Shown one piece after another: positions 12,576 to 24,347 of a DNA stretch of 64,000 nucleotides (position 1 is the first letter of the stretch; every line of letters begins with the position of its first letter). The DNA is taken from positions 126,049,256 to 126,113,255 of the forward strand of contig NC_052149.1 in NCBI RefSeq assembly GCF_902713615.1, given 5' to 3'. Source of the DNA: Scyliorhinus canicula. Taxonomy: Eukaryota. Under the pieces are notes generated by a model. That model worked only from the letters and a program-made list of their open reading frames with translations, ran no database searches and was not told the DNA's origin. Made by a program: the position numbers and the translations under genes.

Positions 12576-14483
12576 ATTGTATGGAAATGGGGCTTACGTG
12601 GTGATAATTGGTTTCTTGCCGCGCTCCGGCGAGACCCTGATTTGGCCTATGGGAGCGGCCGGTTACATCGCAAATTGTTTGGCACCTGGCACGGATCTCA
12701 TTTTTGTCCTCTCCCGCTATTCACCGGCCTTGTTTGAGCGAGAGCGTAAAGAGGCTGGAGAATTGTGCCCAATGTCCCAGACAATATCACCATTCCCTGG
12801 GTATGTCCTGTCTCACCAGCAAGGACAGACCCAGCAGAGGTGGGGGCAAAGTGGTATACTGTCGGGAGGAGGTGCCCTGGGAATCCTCAACATCGAATCT
12901 GGACCCCATGTAGTCTCATGGTGTCAGGTTAAACATGTGTTAAATATGATTACCATACCCCACATCTCCCTCAGTTTATGAGACAGCACCACAATGTTGA
13001 ACACCACTTGGAGGAAGCACTGAGGGTGGCATGGGTGCAGATTATACTCTGAGTGGGGACCTTCAATGTCCATCACCAAGAGTGGCTCAGTAGTACCACC
13101 ACATGCCAAGCTGGCCAGAGTCCTAAAGGACATAGCTGCTGGACCTGGGACTGCAGCAGGTGGTGAGGGAACCAACAAGAGGGACAAACATACTTGGCCT
13201 CATCCTCAACAATCTACATTCCACAGATACATCTGTCCATGACAGTATCGGTAGGAGTGACCACCACATAGTCCTTGTGGAGACAAAGATCCATCTTCAT
13301 ATTGAGGACACACTCTATTCTGTTGTGTGGCACTACCACAGTGCTAAATGGGATAGATTCAGAACAGATCTAGTAACTCAATACTGGGTATCCATGAGGT
13401 GGTGTGGGTCATCAGCAGCAGCAGAATTGGACTGAACCACCATCTGCAACCTCATGACTCTGCATATCTCCCACTCTACCATTATCACTGAGCCAGGGGT
13501 GCAACCCTGGTTTAATGAAGAGTGCAGGAGAGCACGCCAGGAACAACACCAGGCAATCTGGTGCACTACAACACAGGACTACTTGTGTATCAAACAGCAC
13601 TTTCAGCAAGTGACAGACAGAGCTAAACGATCCCACAACCAATGGATAAGATCTAAGCTCTGCAGTCCTACCACATCCAGCTGTGAATGTTGGTGGACAA
13701 TTAAACAACTCACTGGAGGAGGAGGCTCCACAAATATCCTCATCCTCAATGATGGAAGAACCCAGCGCATTCGTACTAAAGACAAGGCGGAAGCATTCAC
13801 AACAATCTTCAGCCAGAAGGGCCGAGTGGATGATCCATCTCGGTCTCCTCCTGAGGTCTCCATATCACAGATGTCAGTCTTCAGCCAATACGATTCACTC
13901 CACGTGATATTAATAAACGGCTGAAGGCACTGGATACTCAAAGCCTATGGGCCCTGACAATATTCCAGCAATAATATTGAAGACTTGTGCTCCAGAACTT
14001 GCTGCCCCCCTAGCAAGGCAGCATTTGACCGAGTGTGGCATCAAGGAGCCCAAGCTAAACTGGAGTCAATGAGAATTGGGGGCAAAACCATCCGCTGGTT
14101 GGTCTCATACACGGCACAAAGGAAGATGGTTGCTGTAGTTGGAGGTCAATCATCTCAGCTTCAGGACATAACTGCAGGAGTTGCTCAGGGTAGTGTCCAA
14201 GGCCCAACCATCTTCAGCTGCTTCATCAACGTCCTCCCTTCCATCATAAGGTCAGAAGTGGGGATGTTTGCGGATGACTGCACAATGTTCAGCACCATTC
14301 ACGACTCCTCAGATAATGAAGCAGTCCTTGTCGAAGTGCAGCAAGACTGGACAGTATCCAGAGTTGATTTGACAAGTGGTAAGTAACATTAACACCACAG
14401 AAGTGCCAGGCAATGTCCATCTCCAACAAGAGAGAATCCAACCATTGCCTCTTGACATTCAATGAATGGTGTACCATCATTGA

Positions 14484-17020
14484 GGGGAGGCCATATTGGA
14501 TTTAGTACTTGGTAATGAACCAGGGCAGGTGATAGATTTGTTAGTGGGGGAGCATTTTGGAGGTAGTGACCACAATTCTGTGACTTTCACTTTAGTAATG
14601 GAGAGGGATAGGTGCGAGCAACAGGGCAAGGTTTATAATTGGGGGAAGGGTAAATACAATGCTGTCAGACAAGAATTGAAGTGCAGAAGTTGGGAACATA
14701 GGCTGTCAGGGAAGGACACAAGTGAAATGTGGAACTTGTTCAAGGAACAGGTACTGCGTGTCTTTGATATGTATGTCCCTGTCAGGCAGGGAAGAGATGG
14801 TCGAGTGAGGGAACCATGGTTGACAAGAGAGGTTGAATGTCTTGTTAAGAGGAAGAAGGAGACTTATGTAAGGCTGAGGAAACAAGGTTCAGACAGGGCG
14901 CTGGAGGGATACAAGATAGCCAGGAGGGAACTTAAGAAAGGGATTAGGAGAGCTAAGAGAGGGCATGAAAAATCTTTGGCGGGTAGGATCAAGGAAAACC
15001 CCAAGGCCTTTTACACATATGTGAGAAATATGAGAATGACTAGAGCGAGGGTAGGTCCGATTAAGGACAGTAGCGGGAGATTGTGTATTGAGTCTGAAGA
15101 GATAGGAGAGGTCTTGAACAAGTATTTTTCTTCAGTATTTACAAACGAGAGGGGCCATATTGTTGGAGAGGACAGCGTGAAGCAGACTGATAAGCTTGAG
15201 GAGATACTTGTCAGGAAGGAAGATGTGTTTCGCGTTTTGAAAAACTTGAGGATAGACAAGTCCCCCGGGCCTGACGGGATATATCCAAGGATTCTATGGG
15301 AAGCAAGAAATGAAATTGCAGAGCCGTTGGCAATGATCTTTTCGTCCTCGCTGTCAACAGGGGTGGTACCAGAGGATTAGAGAGTGGCGAATGTCGTGCC
15401 CCTGTTCAAAAAAGGGAATAGGGATAACCCTGGGAATTACAGACCAGTTAGTCTTACTTCGGTGGTAGGCAAAGTAATGGAAAGGGTACTGAGGGATAGG
15501 ATTTCTGAGCATCTGGAAAGGCATTGCTTGATTATGGATAGTCAGCACGGATTTGTGAGGGGTAGGTCTTGCCTTACAAGTCTTATTGAATTCTTTGAGG
15601 AGGTGACCAAGCATGTGGATGAAGGTAAAGCAGTGGATGTAGTGTACATGGATTTTAGTAAGGCATTTGATAAGGTTCCCCATGGTAGGCTTATGCAGAA
15701 AGTAAGGAGGCATGGGATAGTGGGAAATTTGGCCAGTTGGATAACAAACTGGCTAACCGATAGAAAACAGAGAGTGGTGGTGGATGGCAAATATTCAGCC
15801 TGGAGCCCAGTTATCAGTGGCGTACCGCAGGGATCAGTTCTGGGTCCTCTGCTGTTTGTGATTTTCATTAACGACTTGGATGAGGGAGTTGAAGGGTGGG
15901 TCAGTAAATTTGCAGATGATACGAAGATTGGTGGAGTTGTGGATAGTGAGGAGGGCTGTTGTCGGCTTCAAAGAGACATAGATAGAATGCAGAGCTGGGC
16001 TGAGAAGTGGCAGATGGAGTTTAACCCTGACAAGTGTGAGGTTGTCCATTTTGGAAGGACAAATATGAATGCGGAATACAGGGTTAATGGTAGGGTTCTT
16101 GGCAATGTGGAGGAGCAGAGAGATCTTGGGGTCTATGTTCATAGTTCTTTGAAAGTTGCCACTCAAGTGGATAGAGCTGTGAAGAAGGCCTGTGGTGTGC
16201 TAGCGTTCATTAGCAGAGGGATTGAATTTAAGAGCCGTGAGGTGATGATGCAGCTGTACAAAACCTTGGTCAGGCCACATTTGGAGTACTGTGTGCAGTT
16301 CTGGTCACCTCATTTTAGGAAGGATGTGGAAGCTTTGGAAAAGGTGCAAAGGAGATTTACCAGGATGTTGCCTGGAATGGAGAGTAGGTCATACGAGGAA
16401 AGGTTGAGGGTGCTAGGCCTTTTCTCATTAGAACGGAGAAGGATGAGGGGCGACTTGATAGAGGTTTATAAGATGATCAGGGGAATACATAGAGTAGACA
16501 GTCAGAGACTTTTTCCCCGGGTGGAACACACCATTACAAGGGGACATAAATTTAAGATAAATGGTGGAAGATATAGAGGGGATGTCAGAGGTAGGTTCTT
16601 TACCCAGAGAGTAGTGGGGGCATGGAATGCACTGCCTGTGGTAGTAGTTGAGTCGGAAAAGTTAGGGACCTTCAAGCGGCTATTGGATAGGTACTTGGAT
16701 TAGGGTAGAATAATGGAGTGTAGGTTAACTTCTTAAGGGCAGCACGGTAGCATTGTGGATAGCACAATTGCTTCACAGCTCCAAGGTCCCAAGTTCGATT
16801 TCGACTTGGGTCACTGTCTGTGTGGAGTTTGCACATCCTCCCCGTGACTGCGTGGGTTTCCTCCGGGTACTCCGGTTTCCTCCCACAGTCCAAAGATGTG
16901 CAGGTTGGGTGGATTGGCCATGAAAAATTGTCCAAAATTCTATGATTAACCTAGGACAAAAGTTCGGCGCAACATCGTGGGCCGAAGGGCCTGTTCTGTG
17001 CTGTATTTCTCTATCTCTAT
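14484..17020 (+). mobile_element. 5'-truncated CR1 (HER1-like) LINE; ORF2 remnant with one premature stop at 15378-15380
   Basis: ORFs 14496-15380 and 15384-16703 with DFSKAFDKVPH, VPQGSVLGP, FADDTK; tail GGGCCGAAGGGCCTGTTCTGTGCTGT. Confidence 0.93.
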
Positions 17021-18002
17021 TGAATCCCCCATTATTAACATCCTGGGATTTTACCATGAACCAGATACTGAACTGGACTAGCCATATAAATAGCAAAGTC
17101 ATCATAATCCCAGATGACCATAGGCTGCTTTCCCCTTAGACAGAGAGATCTGGCTGGTGGTGATTTAACCTGAGGGACACCACACCTCAGGCGAGCGACA
17201 ATGTTCAGAATTCAGGATCAAAATGCAGGAATGCCCTCCCCAACAGCATTGTGGGTGTACCTACACCTCAGGGTCTGTAGCGGTTCAAGAAGGCAGCTCA
17301 TCACCACATCCGCTGGGGCAATTAGGGATGGGCAATAAATGCTGATCCAGCCAGTGACACCCACATCACATGAATGGATTCATTAAAAAAATCTAACATC
17401 AGCCTCTTCCCCATTCTGTTTGGGGCAGTTTGGACCCTTTCATCAGGATATTTGACTGAAGGAGCAGGGAGTGTGGCATTGGTACTAATTAATGTTCTGA
17501 CCCGTATCTGTAAAAGCAGAGAGGTCAAAAAGGCAAAGAATGGAATGAATGGGAACCGTTACTTTATTGCAGAGATAAACATAATTAAGCTCGTTTGACC
17601 AGTTGGAACAATTAAACATTGAAATGTAAGGGGGACTGTCTTTGGAGTGAGTTGAGCCATATGGCCATGGGATACAAAAACCTTTGTATTAATATTGATA
17701 GTGACTTGTGCTAATGATTATGTCAAAAATAACCTCCCGACCTCGAAGAATAATTCCATATATGTACATGTTCTGGATCCTTGCAAAATCATAGGTGTAT
17801 CTAGGAATTTAAAGGGACCACCTCTAAGCTGTGATTGTATAAAGAGACAGTCCATATTTTGGACTTTGGCACTTCTCGAAGGTGGTTACCCGACTGCTTA
17901 GAGATTTGTCCCGGCCGTAAATAAACGAATATTCGTTACTGACGTGTTCGAGTGTTTTACTTCTGGACTGACGATCAGATACGTGAAAGCGCAATTCACA
18001 TT

Positions 18003-18022
18003 TGGTGGCCCGTACGGGGATC
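18003..18022 (+). other. ERV primer-binding site, tRNA-Ile(AAU)
   Basis: TGGTGGCCCGTACGGGGATC is complementary to the vertebrate tRNA-Ile 3' end GATCCCCGTACGGGCCACCA. Confidence 0.88.
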
Positions 18023-18257
18023 TCCAGAGGGGTCTGCGCAACTAACCGGCGTAATTGGCTGAGCTCGTTCAAAGTAGAGGACGAATTTGGCCCCCAACGT
18101 GAGTAAAAATTTGTTTTCCACCTTGGTATTCGCCTACTACCAGTTTGATCGTTGCTCAGCCTTGCCGTTGGTTTGTCGAGAAGCCTCTGCGAGATCCAGG
18201 TCAGTCCAGCAAACCCGTTTTAAAGAGGGTAAGTGAGTGAACCCTGTGGTTATCGTC

Positions 18258-18835
18258 TCTAGGGGCAGCCTGGGACTGCCGCCGTGATTCCAGGCAGCGT
18301 TCGCTGGAGTTACGGGCGGGGTTGCCAGGACTGCTGGGGGCAGCCTGAGGAGCCGCCGTGATTCCAGGCAGCGTTCGCTGGAGTTACGGGCGGGGTTCTC
18401 AGGATTGCAAGGGGACGGTTAACGGGCTGTGGGCAGCCTGGGACTGCTGCCGTGATTCCAGGCAGCGTTCGCTGGAGTTACGGGCGGGGTTGCCAGGACT
18501 GCTGGGGGCAGCCTAAGGAGCCGCCGTGATTCCAGGCAGCGTTCGCTGGAGTTACGGGCGGGGTTCTCAGGATTGCAAGGGGACGGTTAACGGGCTGTGG
18601 GCAGCCTGGGACTGCTGCCGTGATTCCAGGCAGCGTTCGCTGGAGTTACGGGCGGGGTTGCCAGGACTGCTAGAGGCAGCCTGAGGAGCCGCCGTGATTC
18701 CAGGCAGCGTTCGCTGGAGTTACGGGCGGAGTTCTCAGGATTGCTAGGGGACGGTTAACGGGCTGTGGGCTCCGGACGGGACTGCCGCCGTGATTCCAGG
18801 CAGCGTTCTCTGGAAGTTACGGGCGGGGTTCTCGG
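18258..18835 (+). repeat. GC-rich higher-order tandem repeat in the ERV leader (74+94 bp dimer, 7 monomers)
   Basis: GCCGTGATTCCAGG core at 18281, 18355, 18449, 18523, 18617, 18691, 18787. Confidence 0.9.
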
Positions 18836-19027
18836 AGCCTATCCCCCGGTGTAACCCATACCTTCACTGAAGAATTTTACCTACTTACCCCTTAATAGCA
18901 TTGGTGTCCTGGGTCCTGTGTTATTAAGGAAGTGAAGTAAGCTAATAACCACTTAAAATCTGGTCTTCTTGAGTTGTATTAGCTGTTTAAACTCGGCTGC
19001 TTTCCTTGTCTTTCTCCAGCAGGCTGC

Positions 19028-19060
<33 letters not shown>

Positions 19061-20294
19061 GTTGCTGTTGCAGAGTGCTGCTGCTTATTCTCCCTGGGTT
19101 TATATTCTCTTTCGAAGAGTTATTAAGTTTTAACGACTGTATTGTATATGGGCTTGTTTCACTTTGATAGTTTAAAAGTATCTTTGATGTAAACATCTTA
19201 CTACAACTCGTTATTCATTTCAGGCATATTGTCTCCTCTCAGATTTGATTTAAAAAATGCTTTTGTTTCAATAGTTAACTTTTATTTCTGTGGTTTCAAA
19301 TCGTTTAATTTTCCAATTGTCCCCAGTTCATAACTTTGCCTTTGATTTTGACTTAAATGATGTTTCTCGTAGCCAGGTCATCTCCAATTTTCTTTTAATT
19401 AACTTGATGTTCGTAGAATTTTACCCCTGAAATTGACACTAAATTCGACTGAGCATCTTCCATTCTTTCCAGCTGTTTACTAAGAGAGTTTATTTCAATT
19501 AAGGTGTGAAACTTTGCTCTTAGCTGTATGCTAAAATTTAACTTGGTTGTGACTTGAAAGACTTGCCTGTTTTAAACATTCGTCACTTAATGCAATTGAA
19601 ACTCTCATCCATGCTTTTTCAGATGCTTTCTGAGATAGTTACATTCCATGAAGGTGTGAGCCATTGTTTTAGCTTACCACATGAAGCCCGTGTGTCTGCT
19701 GAGGCCTGATTGTGAGCAAGAATCTGCATTTTATAACCCTGCTCTTTGCAGCTGCTATTAACCTTTTGTGGGATCTTTCCCTGTACCCTCTCAAACCAGA
19801 TATTGCCAGACTTTCATGTTTCAAATGACACATTTTTCTGTATTATCAAGAACCCACCGCAAAGAAATTAATTGCCTTGTGGAGGGAATACTGTCAGTTA
19901 ATGAAAGATGCATCTATACTGGCTAGCTGGCAGGCAAATGCCTCAAAATTGGGTATTGGCCTCACTGAAGGGGGGAATTGCTAAAACAGTAGAGGTCTTA
20001 AAAAGGGAATGTAAACAATATAAGAAACCTGGCGCCGGTCAGCAATGCGAAGCAAGGTTGGGAGGAGGGGGACGATGGGGATGAGGAACATCTGTTCAAT
20101 TGCGGGGGACGTCAGAAGCCTCCACAGCCCCCACAGCCACCTCCGCCACCGCCCCTGGAATGTGATCAGTATTATGAGTAACTCAGTATGTTCAGAACTA
20201 CATTGGTCTCAGAATAAACAGATAAAGGATTTGTGCTGGGCAGTTTCGAAACTGCTGCGTTGAAATTGACACTGCATGGCTCCGCAGGGTCCTA

Positions 20295-22295
20295 GTGCCC
20301 GCTGATCACAAACAGTCACTAGCAGAACCACACAGCCTGCAATCGGCTGCTAATATTACCCTCCAACAAGATATTACTGTCTATAGTTCCCATTCTGTTA
20401 CGGCCCTTTTGGGACAGCTACAGACTCAGCATTTCACGATGGCTCGTCAGAATAGATATGAGATTGCTCTCCTTAATAACCCGAAAGTCCAGTTTGCCCA
20501 CTGCACCACTATCAACCCTGCTGACTTTTTGACGCATCCTCCCACAGACATGCTCGACCCAACTCATGACTGTCTGCAACTGTTGCAGGAAGTCTCCTCG
20601 GTTCGAGACGACCTCTCCGATATACCCATCCCGAGTGCAGATTGTTCCTTTTTCACCGATGGAAGTTCTTCCGTCGGCGAAAGGGGGGATAGACAATCTG
20701 GCTATGCAATCATCGATCAAGACGGTGACGTAGTAGAAGCAGCAGCATTTGAAGTTCCCTTTTCTGCCCAACAGGCAGAATTGTTTGCGTTAATATGAGC
20801 ATGCATATTGGCACAGGGGAGGAAGGTTAATATTTATACAGATTCCCGATACGCCTTCGGGGTAGTACATGATTTCGGGCAATTATGGAAAAACAGAGGA
20901 TTTCTAACCTCCGCTGGTACACCCATCTCACACCAGCAGTTAGTAACCCAGTTATTGCAGGCCCTTATGCTCCCAGACAAGATAGCGGTGATAAAATGCG
21001 CAGCGCATACAAAAGGCACAGGACTGGTGGAAACGGGCAACAGGAGAGCGGACGAGAAGGCAAAAGAAATTTCTAAATCTGGCAAACTAATGGTGCCTAG
21101 AATGATGAGGCAGACTAAAACCCCCTCGGGAAAGTCCCCCTCTGAAAAACCTATGCCAACCATTGCTGACATAACCCAAATGCAGGAGGACGCTCCTGCA
21201 GCTGCTGTAAATATGTGGAAAGACTTAGGATGTATATATGATATCGAAAATAAGCTGTGGGTCACCCCGGTAGGACAAACATGTATGACCGATGCATTAG
21301 CAGCCTGGGTGACCGAATGTGTACACTTTGCAACTCACTGTGGAGCTCGTGCCACAGGGGACATATTGTTAAAAAGCTGGTGGCACCCACGACTGCAAGA
21401 AATGGCCCAACAAATTAGCAGTCGGTGCCTAATCTGTCAACAGCACAACCCCGGTAAGGCCGTCCCCTGTGATCCTGGCACAACCCCCTTACCTGAGGGT
21501 CCATTTGAGACCCTGCAAATGGATTACATTGAGTTGGAAAGATGTCAATGCTATAAATATGTGTTAGTCATTGTGGACACTTTTAGCAAATGGATCGAGG
21601 CCTACCCGACTACGGATAACAAGGCCTCGACAGTAGTTAAGGTGTTAATGCGAGAAATTGTTCCGCGATTCGGAATTCCAGCCCGGCTGAGCTCTGACAA
21701 TGGTCCCCACTTCATAGGTCAAATCAATAAGGAATTCTGTGCTCTGCTAGGAATAAAGCAACAGTTTCATTGTGCCTACAGACCACAAGCCGCTGGAGTG
21801 GTGGAAAGGGCTAATCAGACTCTAAAGACTAAACTCGCTAAACTACAAGCAGACACTGGGGCCACTTGGCTCAAACTCCTGCCTTTAGCACTCTTCCAGC
21901 TACGTGCCACTCCCGCAGGAAAAACTCGCCTAAGCCCAGCGGAAATACTATATGGCAGACCCTTTCGAACGCCTTGGGACAGCAGTGTTCCACGGAATGT
22001 TCAATTCCATTACATGACTACCGAGATGGCTAATTATATATTAACACTAACTAGAATTTTGAAAGGATTACACTCCCGAGTTCGTGCCACCCAGGAAGAA
22101 GTCCCATCCATTACTCATGACGTCTCCATCAACCCTGGGGATTATGTCCTAATTCGAAATTGGACACGTAAAGGTTTGGAACCTCGATGGGAGGGTCCCC
22201 TACAGGTTCTACTCACTACCCCCACTGCAGTAAAAGTGGAGGGCCGGAACGCATGGGTACATATGCACCATTGTAAGTTAATTAAGTATCCATGA
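20295..22295 (+). pseudogene. pol: ERV pol 3' half: connection and RNase H (stop at 20796-20798), then integrase open to its stop
   Basis: FTDGSS, SAQQAEL, NIYTDSRYAFG; HHCC zinc finger, D..D(SDNG)..E triad, WEGP C-terminal motif. Protease and RT core are absent. Confidence 0.92.
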
Positions 22296-22339
22296 TGTTC
22301 TAAACTTTTCCTTTAAGTCCTAGGAACACGAGTACCAGG

Positions 22340-23217
22340 ATGAAGTCCCTCTTCACCGTCACAATACTCGCCACCCTGCTCTCTCTCGCTGCATCCGGAA
22401 GAAGGAGATGCCCGTATGGAAGCCGACGTCCACCCCTGTGCCGAGAAGGGACCCCACGATGTGGAACAACGACAGATCTCCGATGGATCACCACGGCTAT
22501 CAAAACCTGCCCAACCACCGTTCATCCCAACGACCAGAAGCCCCGATTCCGGACTACGTACATGGTTCTGATCTACGATCGCCGCACATGCCGGTGGAAC
22601 CACCGGTGCATTGATAAGGACAGGGTACAAATTTTACCATCAAGGACTACTCACCCCTACTCGCCTTCCAGAAGGAAGCGGGCAACGCACCATGTAACGG
22701 CAAATTCTTTTCTGTTTATGTCCTATGTCTATGCTAAGAAAGTGGGTGTCTCCTCTTGCTGGGTATGTACACAGGTCCCGACCCATGCCCATGGAGGCGT
22801 TCCCTTGATATCTGTTCCTTTCTCGATCGAACAGACGGCTGCATGGGTTATATTCCAGACAGTTCAGAGAATATCACGCGTCTGGTAACCCATATCAGAG
22901 ATGGAGTACAGCGCTTGCGACTCACCGGTCAGGCTGACTGGTGGAGCTGGAAGTGGTCCAATTCTTGGGCCACTTACCTATTCCATGGGCTCATTATCTT
23001 CGTTACCATCTGTTTGTTGCTCTGTATCATAGCTACTGGTGTGAAATGCCTATGCAACCGTTTGGGTGCCACTGCATTACCACAGATGCTTCAGAGATCC
23101 GCCCTAGACGAAAAAGAAAAACTGGTTCCACCTACCCCTGACCTATATGAGGAAGTGGCATCCTGCCGGAGCCTAGTAGAGGAGGAGTACCTCCGCCTCG
23201 CTCTCATTTCCATCTAA
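22340..23217 (+). pseudogene. env: Internally deleted env: signal peptide and N-terminal ORF 22340-22888, out-of-frame TM C-terminus to 23217
   Basis: Hydrophobic leader, RRKR, NSFL..CWVC..P; then YIPD..NIT, a W-rich membrane-proximal region and a hydrophobic anchor. Confidence 0.8.
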
Positions 23218-24347
23218 AGTATCCTGAGTGTTATGTGATCAAGGAATGATCAAAGGGGGGAATGTAGAAGTGGATTTCATTTGGAACTTCGCTGATAGGG
23301 TTAATATAACAGTTCTGAAAAGCTCTGTGAAAGAGATGTCAACAGGTCAAGGGATGAAATAAAGGGAGTGTGTCTGACCGTATCTGTAAAAGCAAAGATG
23401 TCAGAAGGTTATGGGATGGAATATAGGGAGTGTGGCATTGGTACTAATTAATGTTCTGACCCGTATCTGTAAAAGCAGAGAGGTCAAAAAGGCAAAGAAT
23501 GGAATGAATGGGAACCGTTACTTTATTGCAGAGATAAACATAATTAAGCTCGTTTGACCAGTTGGAACAATTAAACATTGAAATGTAAGGGGGACTGTCT
23601 TTGGAGTGAGTTGAGCCATATGGCCATGGGATACAAAAACCTTTGTATTAATATTGATAGTGACTTGTGCTAATGATTATGTCAAAAATAACCTCCCGAC
23701 CTCGAAGAATAATTCCATATATGTACATGTTCTGGATCCTTGCAAAATCATAGGTGTATCTAGGAATTTAAAGGGACCACCTCTAAGCTGTGATTGTATA
23801 AAGAGACAGTCCATATTTTGGACTTTGGCACTTCTCGAAGGTGGTTACCCGACTGCTTAGAGATTTGTCCCGGCCGTAAATAAACGAATATTCGTTACTG
23901 ACGTGTTCGAGTGTTTTACTTCTGGACTGACGATCAGATACGTGAAAGCGCAATTCACATCACTACTTTGTCTAATTCTGTCCCCAAACAAAATCCCCAC
24001 ACAAAATGAATTTACTTAGTGCCTTAATGTACAAAACATCCCAGGATGATACGCAGAGCGGCAGTAAGAGGAGCGGGGGAGTTGGGGGTATTTAAGGAAG
24101 ATTAATCGAAGGCTTGGATTGAAGGATGGAGTTTGATGGAGTGGAGTGACCTAGAGAGGGGGAGGGTTTGAGGGTGAGAGTTCAGAGATCAGGCCCTAGG
24201 CATCTGAAGGCTCTGCTGTCAATGGTGGGATGAAGGAAGTAGCGATGGGCAGGAGACCAGAGTCAGAGAATGGAAGGGTGAGGGAGGGAATGTGAGTCTG
24301 CAGCAGGATGCAGAGGAAGGGAGGAGTGAGGCCGTGGAGGGAATTGG

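Larger units (their letters stand above)
5226..12770. mobile_element. Non-autonomous Harbinger-like DNA transposon (about 1 kb) hosting an L1 and a SINE
   Basis: TIRs GCGCGCAATTCTCCGG / CTGGAGAATTGTGCCC, 3-bp TSD AAT; the host LINE reading DNVPD rejoins across it. Confidence 0.7.
4303..17392 (+). mobile_element. tRNA/Deu-domain-headed CR1-group LINE in four pieces (4303-4467, 4871-5225, 12771-14483, 17021-17392)
   Basis: A-box 4314-4324 and B-box 4376-4386, then the Deu domain (TGGTTCACTAATGTCC...TGGTCTGGCCTACATGTGACTCCAGA), the endonuclease start (PCKVLL..IWG..ELGELSH), an RT remnant (KAAFDRVWHQG, QGSV.GP, FADDC) and a tail GGGCAATTAGGGATGGGCAATAAATGC. Pieces rejoin across each insertion. 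Confidence 0.75.
17466..23959 (+). mobile_element. Internally deleted class I (epsilon/HERV-I-like) endogenous retrovirus
   Basis: 5' LTR 17466-18000 (U3-truncated) and 3' LTR 23263-23959 (TG..CA) match over 535 bp; PBS, PPT AAAGGGGGGAA at 23252-23262, RNase H-integrase and env remnants. Confidence 0.93.

Noticed and set aside
19850-20190. Intact ERV gag
   Set aside because: Only short frameshifted matrix-like and proline-rich fragments; no capsid homology region or zinc knuckle.
17405-23995. Short inverted similarity (TGTTTGGGG.CAG) on both ERV flanks
   Set aside because: Only about 13 bp, imperfect, not at the junctions; compatible with chance.
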